From the NCBI GenBank assembly GCA_963710605.1, contig CAVQBA010000007.1:416001-480000 (forward strand): a DNA stretch of 64,000 bases. The letters are read 5' to 3'. Made by a program: the position numbers and the translations under genes. This stretch comes from an uncultured cyanobacterium (lineage in GTDB: Bacteria; Cyanobacteriota; Cyanobacteriia; Cyanobacteriales; Cyanobacteriaceae). Of the stretch, positions 8,307 to 19,814 are shown piece by piece. The first letter of the stretch is position 1. Each line of letters begins with the position of its first letter. The notes below the pieces were generated by a model that was not told the origin of the DNA, did no database searches, and saw only the letters and a program-made list of their open reading frames with translations.

Positions 8307-11300
8307 ATGGAAAATTACAATTGGAAAAGATTTTGGTCTTTAAATGGGGAGAATTTACAATTAGACTATGGTGGCTTTTTACCAAATCCTGAAAATAAGA
8401 ATGAACAAGATTATTACTATAATCCTAATCTTGTTAGTTTAAATGACATATCGCACATACCCTGTTTGATTTTGTTCGGGGAAGCTGGTATGGGTAAAAG
8501 TACCACAATGAAGGCAGAATATGAAAAAACCGAGCTTGAAATCGAAGAATTAGAAGATGTTTGTTTGTGGTTTGATCTTCGTTATAGTGCTAACAATAGC
8601 TCATCCAAATTTGTTTTTAATCACCCTACCTTTAAGACTTGGGAAAAAGGAACTCATAAGTTATACCTATTCTTGGATAGTCTTGATGAAGGATTATTAG
8701 CTTTTAATACTCTAAATTGTATTCTTGAACAAGAAATTGATAAAAGTTTATGTAATCGTCTTTATTTGAGAATTACTTGTCGAACTGCGGATTGGAAAAA
8801 TAGTTTGACAGAAGCATTTGAAAGAAAATGGGGTAACGATAACGTTAAAACCTATAATTTATGTCCTTTACGCCGAAAAGATGTCGAAGAAGCATTGAAA
8901 CATGAAAAAATAGATGACACACAAGCATTTTTTAAGGAACTTTTTAATAAAGAAATTACTACATTCGCCACACAACCAATTACTCTTAAGTTCTTAATAG
9001 ATATTTACCAAAAAAATCAACAATTTCCTGATTCAAAAACAGGTTTATATTACACAGGATGTTTAGAACTATGTAAAGAAAAAAATATCGATCGTCTTGA
9101 TTGCGGTTTTAAAGGTAAATTGAGTGACCAACAACGCTTAATTGTAGCTGGAAGAATTGCTATGATGATTATTTTTGCGAATAAAGTTGCTATTTGGAAA
9201 CATTATGATTCTACTCTAAAACCAGATTCAGATATAACAATCGATCAGTTATGTGTCGGACAAGAAACCATTAATCAACAAGAATTTAATGTTACTAGAG
9301 AATGTATTGAGGAAGTTTTATCAATTTCAGGATTATTTTCTTCTAAAGGTGAAGATAGATTAGGTTTTGCTCACAAAACTTACGCTGAATTTTTGGCGGC
9401 ATGGTATTTGAATGAACATAAAATTTCTTTACCCCAAATAATGAATTTGATTATTGCCCCTGAAGATACAGAAGGAAAATTAATACCACAATTACATCAA
9501 ACTTGTGCTTGGCTTTCTAGTCTTAGAAAAGATGTATTAGAAAGAATAATAGAAAAAGATCCTGATGTGGTCTTAGATGGGGACATATCGGATAATAACG
9601 ATCTAAAAACAAAAATAGTCGATAAGTTATTAAAACTATACGACCAAGAAAAATTACACGATCCGTATTTTCCTAATTCTCCTTATTACCACAGACTTAA
9701 ACATTCTCAATTAGCAGAACAATTACGCTCTTATATCAAAGATAAAAACAAATCACTGAATTTCAGACAACAAGCCGTTAACATTGCTCGATACTGCAAT
9801 GTCATAGAATTACAAGGTGATTTAATTCAATTAACGCTAGATAATTCCGAACCTATCGATTTGAGAATTAATTCCTGTATTTGTATTTGTACTTCTGTAA
9901 TAGGCGATCGCCAAGCCAGAGCTAAATTAAAACCTTTAATCTTTGAAGATTTACCTGAAGACACAAGAGACAATCTCAAATGTTACGTTTTGGAAGCGTT
10001 ATGGACTAAAGAACATCCTGATTTGACTGCCCAAGAATTATTTTCGGCTTTAACTCCGCCAAAACAAAATTGTTTTATTGGTAGTTATCACACATTTATT
10101 AGCCACAAGTTAATTAAAAATCTTGAAACTAAAGATTTAATTTTTGCTCTTGATTGGGTAAAAAAACTAGGAGTTAGAAATTATCTTAAGCAAAGTATTA
10201 AAATTAGATATTATCTTGCTGATGAAATTTTGCTTAAAGCATGGAGAAATTTTGATAATCCAGAAACGATTAAACGTTTTGCTCAAATTACTTTGATTCA
10301 ATGGAATGATCATGAAGATTTAATTACAAATAACGAAAATAACAATCTATTAAAGCGAGAATTGCACGAAGATGAGAACAAACGCCATAAGTTAATTAAC
10401 CGATTTGTCTTAGAAGTCAATGAGTATCATGTTAGTCAATTACAGTATTTTTATCACATTTTATTGACAATTCCAAAATTATTAAAGAATAGAAAATTTT
10501 TGTTATTAAAATTTTGTTTTTATAACTTGATTCATAAACGTCCTCGTTATATCAATAATATTGGTCGTGAATTCGGTTATTTGTTTTATGGTAATAGCAA
10601 TAGAGATAAAGTTTCTCTCGAAAAAAATATTTTGTGGCTAATCAAAAAAATAAGAGAAACAGAAGATGACAGCATACAGGCGTCATATATAGATTTAGCA
10701 GTATATAATTTTTGTCCAATTTTGTATCAAAATGTAGAGCTAACAGACGCTCTTTGCTCTCTATATTATTTTTATAAAAAAGATAATGGTAATCCAAACT
10801 CTATTTTTATCGATAAATTTTCTAAATATATTGAACCTATCGATCTAAACTGCGAACAAGCAAAAAAACAAAAATCAAATTATGATGAAGTTCAAGAAAT
10901 AGAAGAGAACCGAGAATATAACGAACCCTTAGAATCTTTTTACTCAAGAACATTATCAATATGTTTAGACAAATTTGAATCAAGTCATCTTGACTGTTGG
11001 CATGAATTATGTACGCAAATAAATGTTTTTCCCAATAGTAAATATTATGACCATTATTTTAAATTAAACTTAATGGAATTACCTGGGTGGAAAAATTCTG
11101 ATCAATCTATTAAGCAAAGAATTATTGAATGTGCTAAAAAATATGTCTTAGAAAAACAAGATCTTAATTGTGATTGGATTGGTACAAATAAAGTTGATTT
11201 ATTACCAATCGCAGGGTGTAAAGCTCTTTATTTATTATTAAAGATAGAACCAGATTTTGTTAATCAACTAGCCCCTCATGTTTGGCAAAAATGGGCATCA

Positions 11301-12831
11301 ATTATTATTGCTTACCCTAATTATTCTGATATTGATAGAGATGAGTCATATTTAGAGTTGGTCTATTTGACTTATTCTAATGCTCAAACTGAAAGTATTG
11401 ATACTCTACTCAAGCTAATCGATCGAGAAAATATAGAGTATCAATGTTTATATATAATTCATAAATTTGAAAAGTGTTGGGATGACCAATTAAAATCTAT
11501 TATTTTCGACAAAATCACCCAGAATCAAGATATTCTAAAACCAAAATCCTTAGAACAATTGTGTCAGCAACTTATACAACATAATTATTTAGAAGTTATC
11601 AAGTTTATCAAATTATTTATCAAAACTTTTTCTCCTTCTAGCAATCAAATAGAAAAAGATAAGATTTTTATTGCGATAAAATTATTAATTAACAATACAC
11701 TAAGTCAGAGATCAGGATTCAGAAAGTTGGGAATTAATTTGGCAAATTATTCAACAAGATACTCAATTTGGACGTGAAATAGTAGAGAAGTTACATTATC
11801 CTGTTGTCGGTGGATTTAATCTCAATCTAACAGCAACTCAATTAGCAGATTTTTATATTTGGCTTGTGCAACAATGTCCTTATGATAAAGATCGAGTAGT
11901 AAGTCTTAGAAACTATCTTTTAAATCAGCTAATAGAAACAAAAACAATTCAAGGATGTCGAGAAATAGAACGTATAATCAAAGTTTTTCCTGAATTAAAT
12001 TGGTTAAAACAATATCTATACGATGCCAAAAAAAATGTGAGACTGAATAGTTGGCAACCTCCTACTCCTGAGGACATTTTTCAGTTAATTGGTGACTCTT
12101 CTAAACGTTTAGTCAATGACGGCAATCAACTTTTAGAAGTATTAATTGAAGCACTAAAAGAATTAGAAAAGAAACTCCAAAATCAACCACAACCAGCAGT
12201 TATAGATTTATGGAATGAACTTAAATCAAATAATGTTAGAGATTTATCCAATTCACTGACAAAAAAATTAAAGGAAAAACCAAAGAAATCTACTCAACCA
12301 CAACTCCAACAAGATGAAAAAATTGAAATTTGGGAGAAAATAGACTGGAAAAAAACTCAAAGTTATAGCTTTTATACTCCTAAAGACGAAGAAAGAATAT
12401 CGGACTATATCAAACGCTATTTAGAAGATTATCTCAAAGGAAAAGGTATCATTCTCAATCGTGAAGCTCAAATTAGTAGAAAAGATGAAACTGATATTAA
12501 AGTCGATGCTGTCAAAAAAGTTAAAGATAAAGAAGAATATGATTGTATAACTGTCATTATTGAAGTTAAAGGTTGTTGGCATTCAGAGTTAGAGACAGCG
12601 ATGAAAACTCAACTAGTCGATCGTTATTTAAAAGATAATACCTGCAAACATGGTATTTATCTTATCGGTTGGTTTGATTGTCCACAATGGGATGATAATG
12701 ACAGTAGGAAAAAAAAGACTCCGAAAATGGATTGGGAAGAGGCTAAAACAGAATATAAAAAGCAAGCTGAAACATTTTCTGTATCTGGAGTTAATGTTAA
12801 GGCTTTTGTTTTGAATACCGCACTTAGATAA
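8307..12831 (+). pseudogene. NACHT/STAND NTPase + helical repeats + C-terminal PD-(D/E)xK nuclease-like domain, split by a +1 frameshift near 11704-11720 (ORF-track pieces 8298-11777 and 11866-12831)
   Basis: Walker A GEAGMGKST, Walker B LYLFLDSLDE, RITCR, FAHKTYAEFLAA. The second frame is open from 11704 (DSESWELIWQIIQQDTQFGRE...) to 12831 and carries NRE...TDIKV...IIEVKGCW. Confidence 0.75.
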
Positions 12832-13096
12832 TTTTCTTTTAACAATACAACCAAGAGTTAAAATGTGCGATCGTTCTTAAACTACTAAAAAATTAATCTT
12901 GTTACTCTTCTTCTTTAGAGTTTACCTTCGTAAATATGAAAATGAAACGATCGTTTTAAAATTCATCGCTGTATTTAAAGTTATAGACTATTGATTTCTA
13001 GTTCATTTTAATGAACGTAACCTATTAGCCTCGTCAATTCATTGCGAGGTGGTTGATTTACGACTCTCAATTATTTTTGAGAATGATTTAAGTTTT

Positions 13097-13402
13097 TTAA
13101 TCATTACTGTTTTCATCAAATAATATCTTTAAATCACGATAACCACTGATAATACGAACAATAACAATACCCTCATCGTGGGGATAATAAAAAATTAGGT
13201 AATCTCTTAGTGAAAATCCTGTTAAATTTGGTCTTATTTGTGCATAAGACTTACCCATATGAGGAAAATTGGCGACTAACTTACATTTTTGCCGAATTGC
13301 ATCAAATAGATTATTCGCAAAACTTGGATTACTTTGAGCTATATAATCACAAATTTCATTTATATCTTTAATTGCATCCTCTGAAAATTGGTAATTTGCC
13401 AT
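13097..13402 (-). CDS. ParE/RelE-family toxin
   Basis: AIKDINEICDYIA, FPHMGK, YLIFY, IVRIISGYRD; overlaps the antitoxin stop (TAATG). Confidence 0.9.
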   Translation of the reverse strand: MANYQFSEDAIKDINEICDYIAQSNPSFANNLFDAIRQKCKLVANFPHMGKSYAQIRPNLTGFSLRDYLIFYYPHDEGIVIVRIISGYRDLKILFDENSND

Positions 13403-13659
13403 TACTCCAATCCATATTCTTCTTTTAATTTTCTTTGCAACTGCTCAAAAACTAACTCACCATCAGTTACATTCCCTGCTAAAATTTGCTCTGTTGCACG
13501 ATCGATTTTTTGTCGTAATTCTTCTAACTGAGGATTAGTTTCGTTATTTTCTTCACTTATAATAATAATTTCTACCTTTTCTCCTTGCACAAATGGTAAA
13601 TCAGATAAAACTAACTGTTGAGGATTATCGATTGTCACATATTTTTTGTAAGCATTCAT
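13402..13659 (-). CDS. Antitoxin (ParD-like acidic C-terminus)
   Basis: 85 aa, LEELRQKI...GNVTDGELVFEQL; translationally coupled to the toxin. Confidence 0.75.
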   Translation of the reverse strand: MNAYKKYVTIDNPQQLVLSDLPFVQGEKVEIIIISEENNETNPQLEELRQKIDRATEQILAGNVTDGELVFEQLQRKLKEEYGLE

Positions 13660-14026
13660 AAATTTATTTGGTTAATATTTTTATTATTGTCTATTGTGAC
13701 TGTTATTTTCTTGATGACATAATTTATCCATTATATCTACCACCTTGAAATTAATTTCAAGGCTCATCAAAATCGTTTAATCAATTAAACTACTATTCAA
13801 AATACGCTGTAATCAACAATCATAAAGTACGTTTAATTCTCTTACTGAACAATTCTCAATTCTTTATCCTAGCCTCGTCAATTTATTGCGAGGTGGTTGA
13901 TTTTAGACTCTCGATTATTTTTAAGAATCATTGAGGCTTTTTAGTCATATAAAATCAAGTTAGTTAATACCTAAGTCAAGATTGAGTTAAAATTAAACTG
14001 ACCTGAAGAAAAAAACAGGATAATTA

Positions 14027-15127
14027 ATGGAATCAGTTATCTGCGTTGCTTTACCCGACAATTCTTACTCAATTTATGTCACTAATAATGGATTACCCCT
14101 CATTGGCGATAAACTGAGTCAATTGCCCAAAAAACTGGGTAAAAAAATCTTGGTTATTTCTAATCCTGAAATTTTTGATTATTACGGCGAAACAACAGTA
14201 AAATCTCTACAAGAAGCTGGTTTTGATGTTAGTTATCATTTAATTCCCGCAGGTGAAAGTTATAAAAATTTTGATTCAATTTCCACAATTTACGATCGAG
14301 CTTTAGAATGTAAATTAGAACGTAGTTCAACTCTCGTCGCTTTAGGCGGTGGTGTTATTGGCGATATGACAGGTTTTGCTAGTGCCACTTGGCTTCGGGG
14401 TATCAACTTCGTGCAAATACCGACTTCTTTACTGGCGATAGTCGATGCTTCTGTCGGTGGTAAAACAGGTATTAATCACCCTAAAGGTAAAAATTTGATT
14501 GGTGCTTTTTATCAACCTAAATTAGTTTTAATCGATCCGACTGTACTCAAAACCCTTCCAGAGCGAGAGTTTAAAGCAGGTATGGCGGAGGTTGTGAAAT
14601 ATGGAGTAATTTGGGATGAAGATCTTTTTGAGCAATTAGAAGAAGCTGAGAACATCGATAGCTTGGAAAATATTGACCCTGCGTTTCTCAACGATATTTT
14701 AACTCGATCGTGTCAAGCAAAAGCAGAAGTAGTTGCTCAAGACGAGAAAGAATCGGGTATCAGAGCGATTTTAAATTACGGACATACGATCGGTCATGCG
14801 ATCGAAAGTTTAACAAATTACGATACTTTTGTCCACGGTGAAGGTGTCGCTATCGGTATGGTAGCCGCAGGTGCGATCGCTGTTGAGATGAATTTATGGA
14901 CATCTGCCCAAGCCCAAAGACAAAACGAATTATTAGCTAAAGTAGGTTTACCGACGAAGATACCCGATTATTTAGATATTGAACAAATCATCGCTAACTT
15001 ACAAAATGATAAAAAAGTTAAAGATGGTAAAGTACGTTTTATCTTACCAACAACGATCGGTAAAGTGGTAATTACAGATAAAGTCGATCGTGAATTATTG
15101 CTTAAGGTTTTACCTTCATTACAATAA
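14027..15127 (+). CDS. aroB: 3-dehydroquinate synthase
   Basis: [28 protein letters not shown]. Confidence 0.97.
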   Translation: MESVICVALPDNSYSIYVTNNGLPLIGDKLSQLPKKLGKKILVISNPEIFDYYGETTVKSLQEAGFDVSYHLIPAGESYKNFDSISTIYDRALECKLERSSTLVALGGGVIGDMTGFASATWLRGINFVQIPTSLLAIVDASVGGKTGINHPKGKNLIGAFYQPKLVLIDPTVLKTLPEREFKAGMAEVVKYGVIWDEDLFEQLEEAENIDSLENIDPAFLNDILTRSCQAKAEVVAQDEKESGIRAILNYGHTIGHAIESLTNYDTFVHGEGVAIGMVAAGAIAVEMNLWTSAQAQRQNELLAKVGLPTKIPDYLDIEQIIANLQNDKKVKDGKVRFILPTTIGKVVITDKVDRELLLKVLPSLQ

Positions 15128-15336
15128 TCAATTTTTTTGAATAACTGTAAATTTTTACTTTAATTTTGGTTCTGAAATCATATTTGTTTCTAGTAACAAT
15201 TAGATAATTAATTTACTGTGCAGAACATTATAGCCTTTCTCATCTTCACGAGGTACAACAAAAAATAATGGTAAGTCCCCCTTGGCTTCGGGGGATTTAG
15301 GGGGATTAATTTTTTGTTCGTTTTTTAAGTTCGGTA

Positions 15337-15912
15337 TTAAATTACATCAGAGCGAGTTAATCGTGAATTACTAATTAAAGTTTTGCCAACATTGAAATGA
15401 TTTTGATAAAATAACCCTTTACGGAAACTAATGCGTAATTTCAGTAGATAACGAAACCAGATTCTCGCAGGAGTATCAAAAAAAGTAAAAATATCCCCAA
15501 AAGCTACCTTAGAATTTTGATGGTGTAACGAATGTATCTCAGGTGTAGTAATAAAACAGATACGACATAATTTAGTAATCAAACTCGGTGTTTTCCAATC
15601 AAGAATCGAAACGTGTCGCCAAACCAGATGAAATTCACCTAAAATGATACCGAGGATGACTCCTGCGGGTGAAATTTGCCATAACCAAGGAATAAAGACA
15701 AAATAAGGTAATGCACCAAAAAAACCATCTAGCATCACCAAAGGGTTTTTCGTTAAAACAGCATAATGAATAAAACTACGATTTTTACTATGATGTACTA
15801 AAGAATGAAATTTGCCAAAAATATGTTCAGGTACATGATAGATAAAAGTAGAGAAAAAATCACCGAATAGTAATAAAAGAAAAGAAACTAAAAAAGCTTT
15901 AATTAAAAACAC
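15337..15912 (-). CDS. Sterol desaturase/fatty-acid hydroxylase superfamily protein
   Basis: His boxes YHVPEH, HSLVHH, HLVWRH and HSLHH plus TM segments; GTG start. Confidence 0.8.
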   Translation of the reverse strand: MFLIKAFLVSFLLLLFGDFFSTFIYHVPEHIFGKFHSLVHHSKNRSFIHYAVLTKNPLVMLDGFFGALPYFVFIPWLWQISPAGVILGIILGEFHLVWRHVSILDWKTPSLITKLCRICFITTPEIHSLHHQNSKVAFGDIFTFFDTPARIWFRYLLKLRISFRKGLFYQNHFNVGKTLISNSRLTRSDVI

Positions 15913-16401
15913 AATAGACTCCTCATAAACTAACTTTAGATTAAGGAGTTATTATTAAATAAATATAAAGATAAAATTAAGTTTTGGTAATCTAATTGAT
16001 ATTTATTTAAATTTATGCTATGGATAACTTTTTCTTAAATCTTTGTTAACTATTTAATCAATCTATTTTCATTAATCACAACTTAAAGCAACTAGACATA
16101 GATTTTCAGAAGCTCGAAGATAAAAGAAGAAACGATCGTCCAGAAATTAATCGCCAAATTTATATTGAGCCAAAAAAACAGTAATTGTCAATATTTTTGA
16201 CTAATTATTAACATCACGATACATAGATAAATACAAAGAGTTATCAATAGTTAATTATAACTAATCAAACGTAACTAAAATTAACAAATAATCAAATAAA
16301 TAAAAGCCAGATTTATAACCGAAAAGATCTAATTAATGTTAGGTTATGTTAAGTCATTTTCATATACTCAATTTTGATTCAAATTAAGAAAATATTCATT
16401 C

Positions 16402-18330
16402 ATGGTTAATATATCTCGTCGCAGTCTCCTCAAACTGTCTGCTTTTGTTAGTCTTTTTAGTTTAATTGGTTATTCTCGTATCGCCAAACCAAAACCAACA
16501 TTACATCGTTGGGATAAATTAGAATTGCCTCGTATTCTCAGCAAACCAAAAAAAGTAGTTGTTATTGGTGGCGGATTAGCAGGATTAGCCGCAAGTTACG
16601 AATTATCTCGTCGAGGTTTTGCCGTCACCTTACTAGAAAAAGCACCACAACTAGGAGGTAAAATTGCCAGTTGGGAGATAGAAGTAGGTGAAGATAAGTT
16701 AAAAATGGAGCATGGTTTTCATGGTTTTTTCCCTCAATACTATAACTTGAAAAGTATTGTCAAAGAAATTGACATCGAAAACAATTTTCAACCTTTAGAT
16801 TTTTACTCCCTAGTTTTCAAAGATAGCAAATACAAAACTGAAGAATTTCGCCCTAGTCACTCTTCTTTTCCTTGGAATATTGTTGATTTAGCTTTTTCTT
16901 CTCGTAATGCCCTCAAATGGGGTATAAATATAACCAATCCTGAACATTGGCGGGTGTTTCATGCTATCACTAGTTTTAGTATTCCTAAAAGTTATCGTTA
17001 TTTAGATGATATATCGGTAACTGATTGGGCGAATAGAGGTATTCCTAAAGGTTTATACGATTTATATTTCCTACCTTTTGCCAAATCCTCTCTTAATTCT
17101 CCTGATACTTTAAGTACTGGTGAACTGATGCAGTTTTTTCATTTTTACTTTTTTGGTAATCCCGAAGGTTTGGCTTTTAATGGTACGGTGGATGATATGG
17201 GTACTAGTTTGGTTGATCCTATTACCAAAGCGATCGAAAATAATGATGGTAAAATTATTACCGAAGCTACCGTTAGTAAAATTAATTATCAGGATAACAA
17301 AATCACCTCAGTTGAATATTATCAGGGTAATGAAGTAGGAAGTGTTGCCTTTTGGGTAGATAAAAATCCTTTATTAGCAGACGATGATTACGACTATTAT
17401 GGTGCAGGAGATAATTTATTCGCCGTCAAAAAAGAAACTAACGAAGCCTTTTCTTTAAGTTGTACTCATCAAGGTTGTACAGTTAATCATCAAGAAGATG
17501 GTAAATTTGTTTGCCCTTGTCATGGTGCAGTCTATGATAATGAAGGTAAAGTATTACAAGCACCTGCCCCTCGTAATCTACAAACTTATCAAGTAGTCGC
17601 CCAAGCCGAAAACCGTATCCAATTACAAAGTAATCAAACAACTGAAACGGCGAATCAAGCACATCAAACAATTGAAGCTGACTATTACGTGATGGCGGCG
17701 GATGTAAATGGTATTAAACACTTATTTGATTTAATCGAAACTGATAGTAGTAACTATCAACAAACAGTAACTCAAGTAGATAGTTTAGCATTAGCTGACC
17801 CTTTCGCTGTCGGGCGTTTTTGGTTAGATAAAGATTTTGCATGGGAAAACAGTAATTTTACTTCTTTATCAGGATATAGTTTGACTGATAGTATTAGTCT
17901 TTATCATCGGATTCAAACTGAATACAAACAATGGGCAGAAAAAACAGGTGGAAGTGTAGTCGAGTTACACGCCTATTGTTATAAAGAAAAAGAATTTCCT
18001 ACCCAAGAAGTTTTATTAGAAACATTTAGAAAAGAGTTGTTAGAAATTGTACCAGAATTAGCAGATGCCAAAATTTTACATCAAGAGTTAGTTAATCAAA
18101 AAAACTTTTCTGGTTATCCTCCTAATAGTTTTCCTCTTCGCCCCGAAACCAAAACCCAAATTAGTAATTTGATGTTTGCAGGAGATTGGGTAAAAATGCC
18201 TTTTCCTTGTGGTTTAATGGAAAGAGCAGTTAGTAGTGGTTTGTTATCAGCTAATGCTATTTTGCAGAAAGAAGGTTTGCAACGTCGAGATTTGTTTTCT
18301 GTCAATCCTTCGGGTGTTTTGTCGATTTAA
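16402..18330 (+). CDS. cruE: CrtU/CruE-type carotenoid desaturase-methyltransferase: FAD oxidoreductase with an inserted Rieske domain
   Basis: GGGLAGL, EHGFHGFF, Rieske CTHQGC...CPCHG, FAGDW, MERAVSSG; N-terminal SRRSLLK. Confidence 0.7.
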   Translation: MVNISRRSLLKLSAFVSLFSLIGYSRIAKPKPTLHRWDKLELPRILSKPKKVVVIGGGLAGLAASYELSRRGFAVTLLEKAPQLGGKIASWEIEVGEDKLKMEHGFHGFFPQYYNLKSIVKEIDIENNFQPLDFYSLVFKDSKYKTEEFRPSHSSFPWNIVDLAFSSRNALKWGINITNPEHWRVFHAITSFSIPKSYRYLDDISVTDWANRGIPKGLYDLYFLPFAKSSLNSPDTLSTGELMQFFHFYFFGNPEGLAFNGTVDDMGTSLVDPITKAIENNDGKIITEATVSKINYQDNKITSVEYYQGNEVGSVAFWVDKNPLLADDDYDYYGAGDNLFAVKKETNEAFSLSCTHQGCTVNHQEDGKFVCPCHGAVYDNEGKVLQAPAPRNLQTYQVVAQAENRIQLQSNQTTETANQAHQTIEADYYVMAADVNGIKHLFDLIETDSSNYQQTVTQVDSLALADPFAVGRFWLDKDFAWENSNFTSLSGYSLTDSISLYHRIQTEYKQWAEKTGGSVVELHAYCYKEKEFPTQEVLLETFRKELLEIVPELADAKILHQELVNQKNFSGYPPNSFPLRPETKTQISNLMFAGDWVKMPFPCGLMERAVSSGLLSANAILQKEGLQRRDLFSVNPSGVLSI

Positions 18331-18567
18331 TAAATCATTCAGATTAATATTCAATCAGAAAAAAAGCTAAATTTATCTGTTTTAAAACATTTTTGATTTT
18401 AAGTTTAAAGTTAACTTTAGTTAACGTATATGATTAGCCTTGAACTTAAGTTCAAGGCTCAAATAAAAGACTAAAATAAACCTCTCTTCTATTGTAGATT
18501 TTTCACAACCAAGAGATAAAGGAACTAATTATCTGATAAATTTGAGTGATGTAAGTGGGAAAAAAAG

Positions 18568-19320
18568 ATGGTGAAGCTACTTCCTTATCTCATCAAAAAA
18601 GCACTAGATGGCAGTGAAGAAAAAATTATCTTAAACAAATATAAATTAACTTTTGGGCGATATTCTGACAATGATGTGTCTTTACCAGAAAATGAAAACG
18701 ATCGTTGTTATATTTCTCGTCGTAAACATTGTGTTTTAGAGCGAGGCATCGGTGAAGAATGGTTTTTAACTGATACTAGCACGAATGGAACGAGTTTAAA
18801 ACCAGAAGGTGAACAAAGCGAAATTACTTTATTAAAAAAACAAAAAGTAGCGATCGGTAACGGGGATGAGATTTTGATTCATGGATATGTACTAACATTT
18901 TATGACCCTAATCGCACCGATCGTTTGCCAACAAAGTCAACTTCACCTCAAAAATCCAGTCAACCTTCTTTTACTACCCAACCGCCAGATAAGACATTTA
19001 TATACAATTTAAGTCAAACTAATTTATATAAAATAGCAGGTCAAAAACGGGAGCGAGTTCACTTAAATCCCAATGCAAGTAAAATGTTTAATTTCATGGC
19101 GAAAAAAAACTTTGATAATAATAATCAGCCTATTTTGTGTACCTATGAAGATTTAATTAAAGAAGTTTGGGGTGAAAAATCTTTCGATCGTAGTGAGGGT
19201 GATGTTCAAGATTTAGCCAAAATGATTCGAGATGCGTTTAAGAAGCATGATGGTAGTAAAACATTATTAGAAACCAAAAAAAAGCAAGGTTATATTTTAC
19301 ATATTATTTGTGAACCTTAA
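18568..19320 (+). CDS. FHA-domain protein with C-terminal OmpR-like winged-helix DNA-binding domain
   Basis: FHA signature FGR...ISRRKH...DTSTNGT; C-terminal YEDLIKEVWG...IR...LLETKKKQGY. Confidence 0.85.
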   Translation: MVKLLPYLIKKALDGSEEKIILNKYKLTFGRYSDNDVSLPENENDRCYISRRKHCVLERGIGEEWFLTDTSTNGTSLKPEGEQSEITLLKKQKVAIGNGDEILIHGYVLTFYDPNRTDRLPTKSTSPQKSSQPSFTTQPPDKTFIYNLSQTNLYKIAGQKRERVHLNPNASKMFNFMAKKNFDNNNQPILCTYEDLIKEVWGEKSFDRSEGDVQDLAKMIRDAFKKHDGSKTLLETKKKQGYILHIICEP

Positions 19321-19364
19321 TCAAAAAACTAGCATTTGTAATTTAGGTAATAATGCTACCTCGG

Positions 19365-19421
19365 TTTTCCATTGATTTTCTATGTACTATCCATCTAAAT
19401 CCTTTGTTTTTTTAATAAAAT
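19365..19421 (+). promoter_or_regulatory. Triple 11-bp direct repeat plus -10 box, copy 1
   Basis: TTTTCCATTGA/TTTTCTATGTA/CTATCCATCTA at 19365-19397, then TAAAAT at 19416. Confidence 0.55.
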
Positions 19422-19610
19422 TAAACTATCGCAATTATTAGTATTATGAAGCAGGTATCGATCTCCTTAAATACTCCTTTCTGAAATCGAGTAGTAATAG
19501 CTTCTAGCGATTTTATTCTTTTTGAGAATGAAACAGTCCTGCTGCCTTGCCGAAGGAGGACTTGTTAACACAAACTGTTGCAAGTTTTATTTAAACTAGT
19601 ATTAAATGAA

Positions 19611-19719
19611 TATAGCAATTATCACCATTATGAAATACAAAGAAATCCCCCTAAATCCCCCTTTGTAAAGGGGACTTATTGATCATTAACTGTACCTCAC
19701 AAGTCTGGGAAACGCTATA
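19611..19719. mobile_element. TATAGC-ended MITE containing a CCCCCT REP-like hairpin
   Basis: TATAGC...TGTACCTC...GCTATA ends; relatives at 38508-38708 and from 15229 (partial). Confidence 0.7.
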
Positions 19720-19814
19720 TATGAATACATTTTTTTATAAAGAGTTTTAAGCGACAAATATAAATTGCTATATATTAAAGTATAGAGAATAGCACTACAA
19801 CCATAGAATAAACG

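Larger units (their letters stand above)
13026..13948. repeat. 79-bp imperfect direct repeats (13026-13104 and 13870-13948) bracketing the TA pair
   Basis: Ungapped manual alignment gives 69/79 identity; each copy starts with a CCTCG-TCAAT-N-ATTG-CGAGG hairpin. Confidence 0.9.

Noticed and set aside
11704-11720. Similarity of the frameshift junction to the GTCAGTATCAGGATT repeat at 7853-7894
   Set aside because: The match is too short to separate from chance.
11690-11780. Programmed ribosomal frameshift in the NACHT gene
   Set aside because: No slippery heptamer, stop-adjacent shift site or stimulatory structure is evident; mutation or sequencing error is simpler.
7713-13948. Prophage, integron or autonomous genomic island
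   Set aside because: No integrase, transposase or phage gene, and the two repeat pairs do not enclose the whole block.
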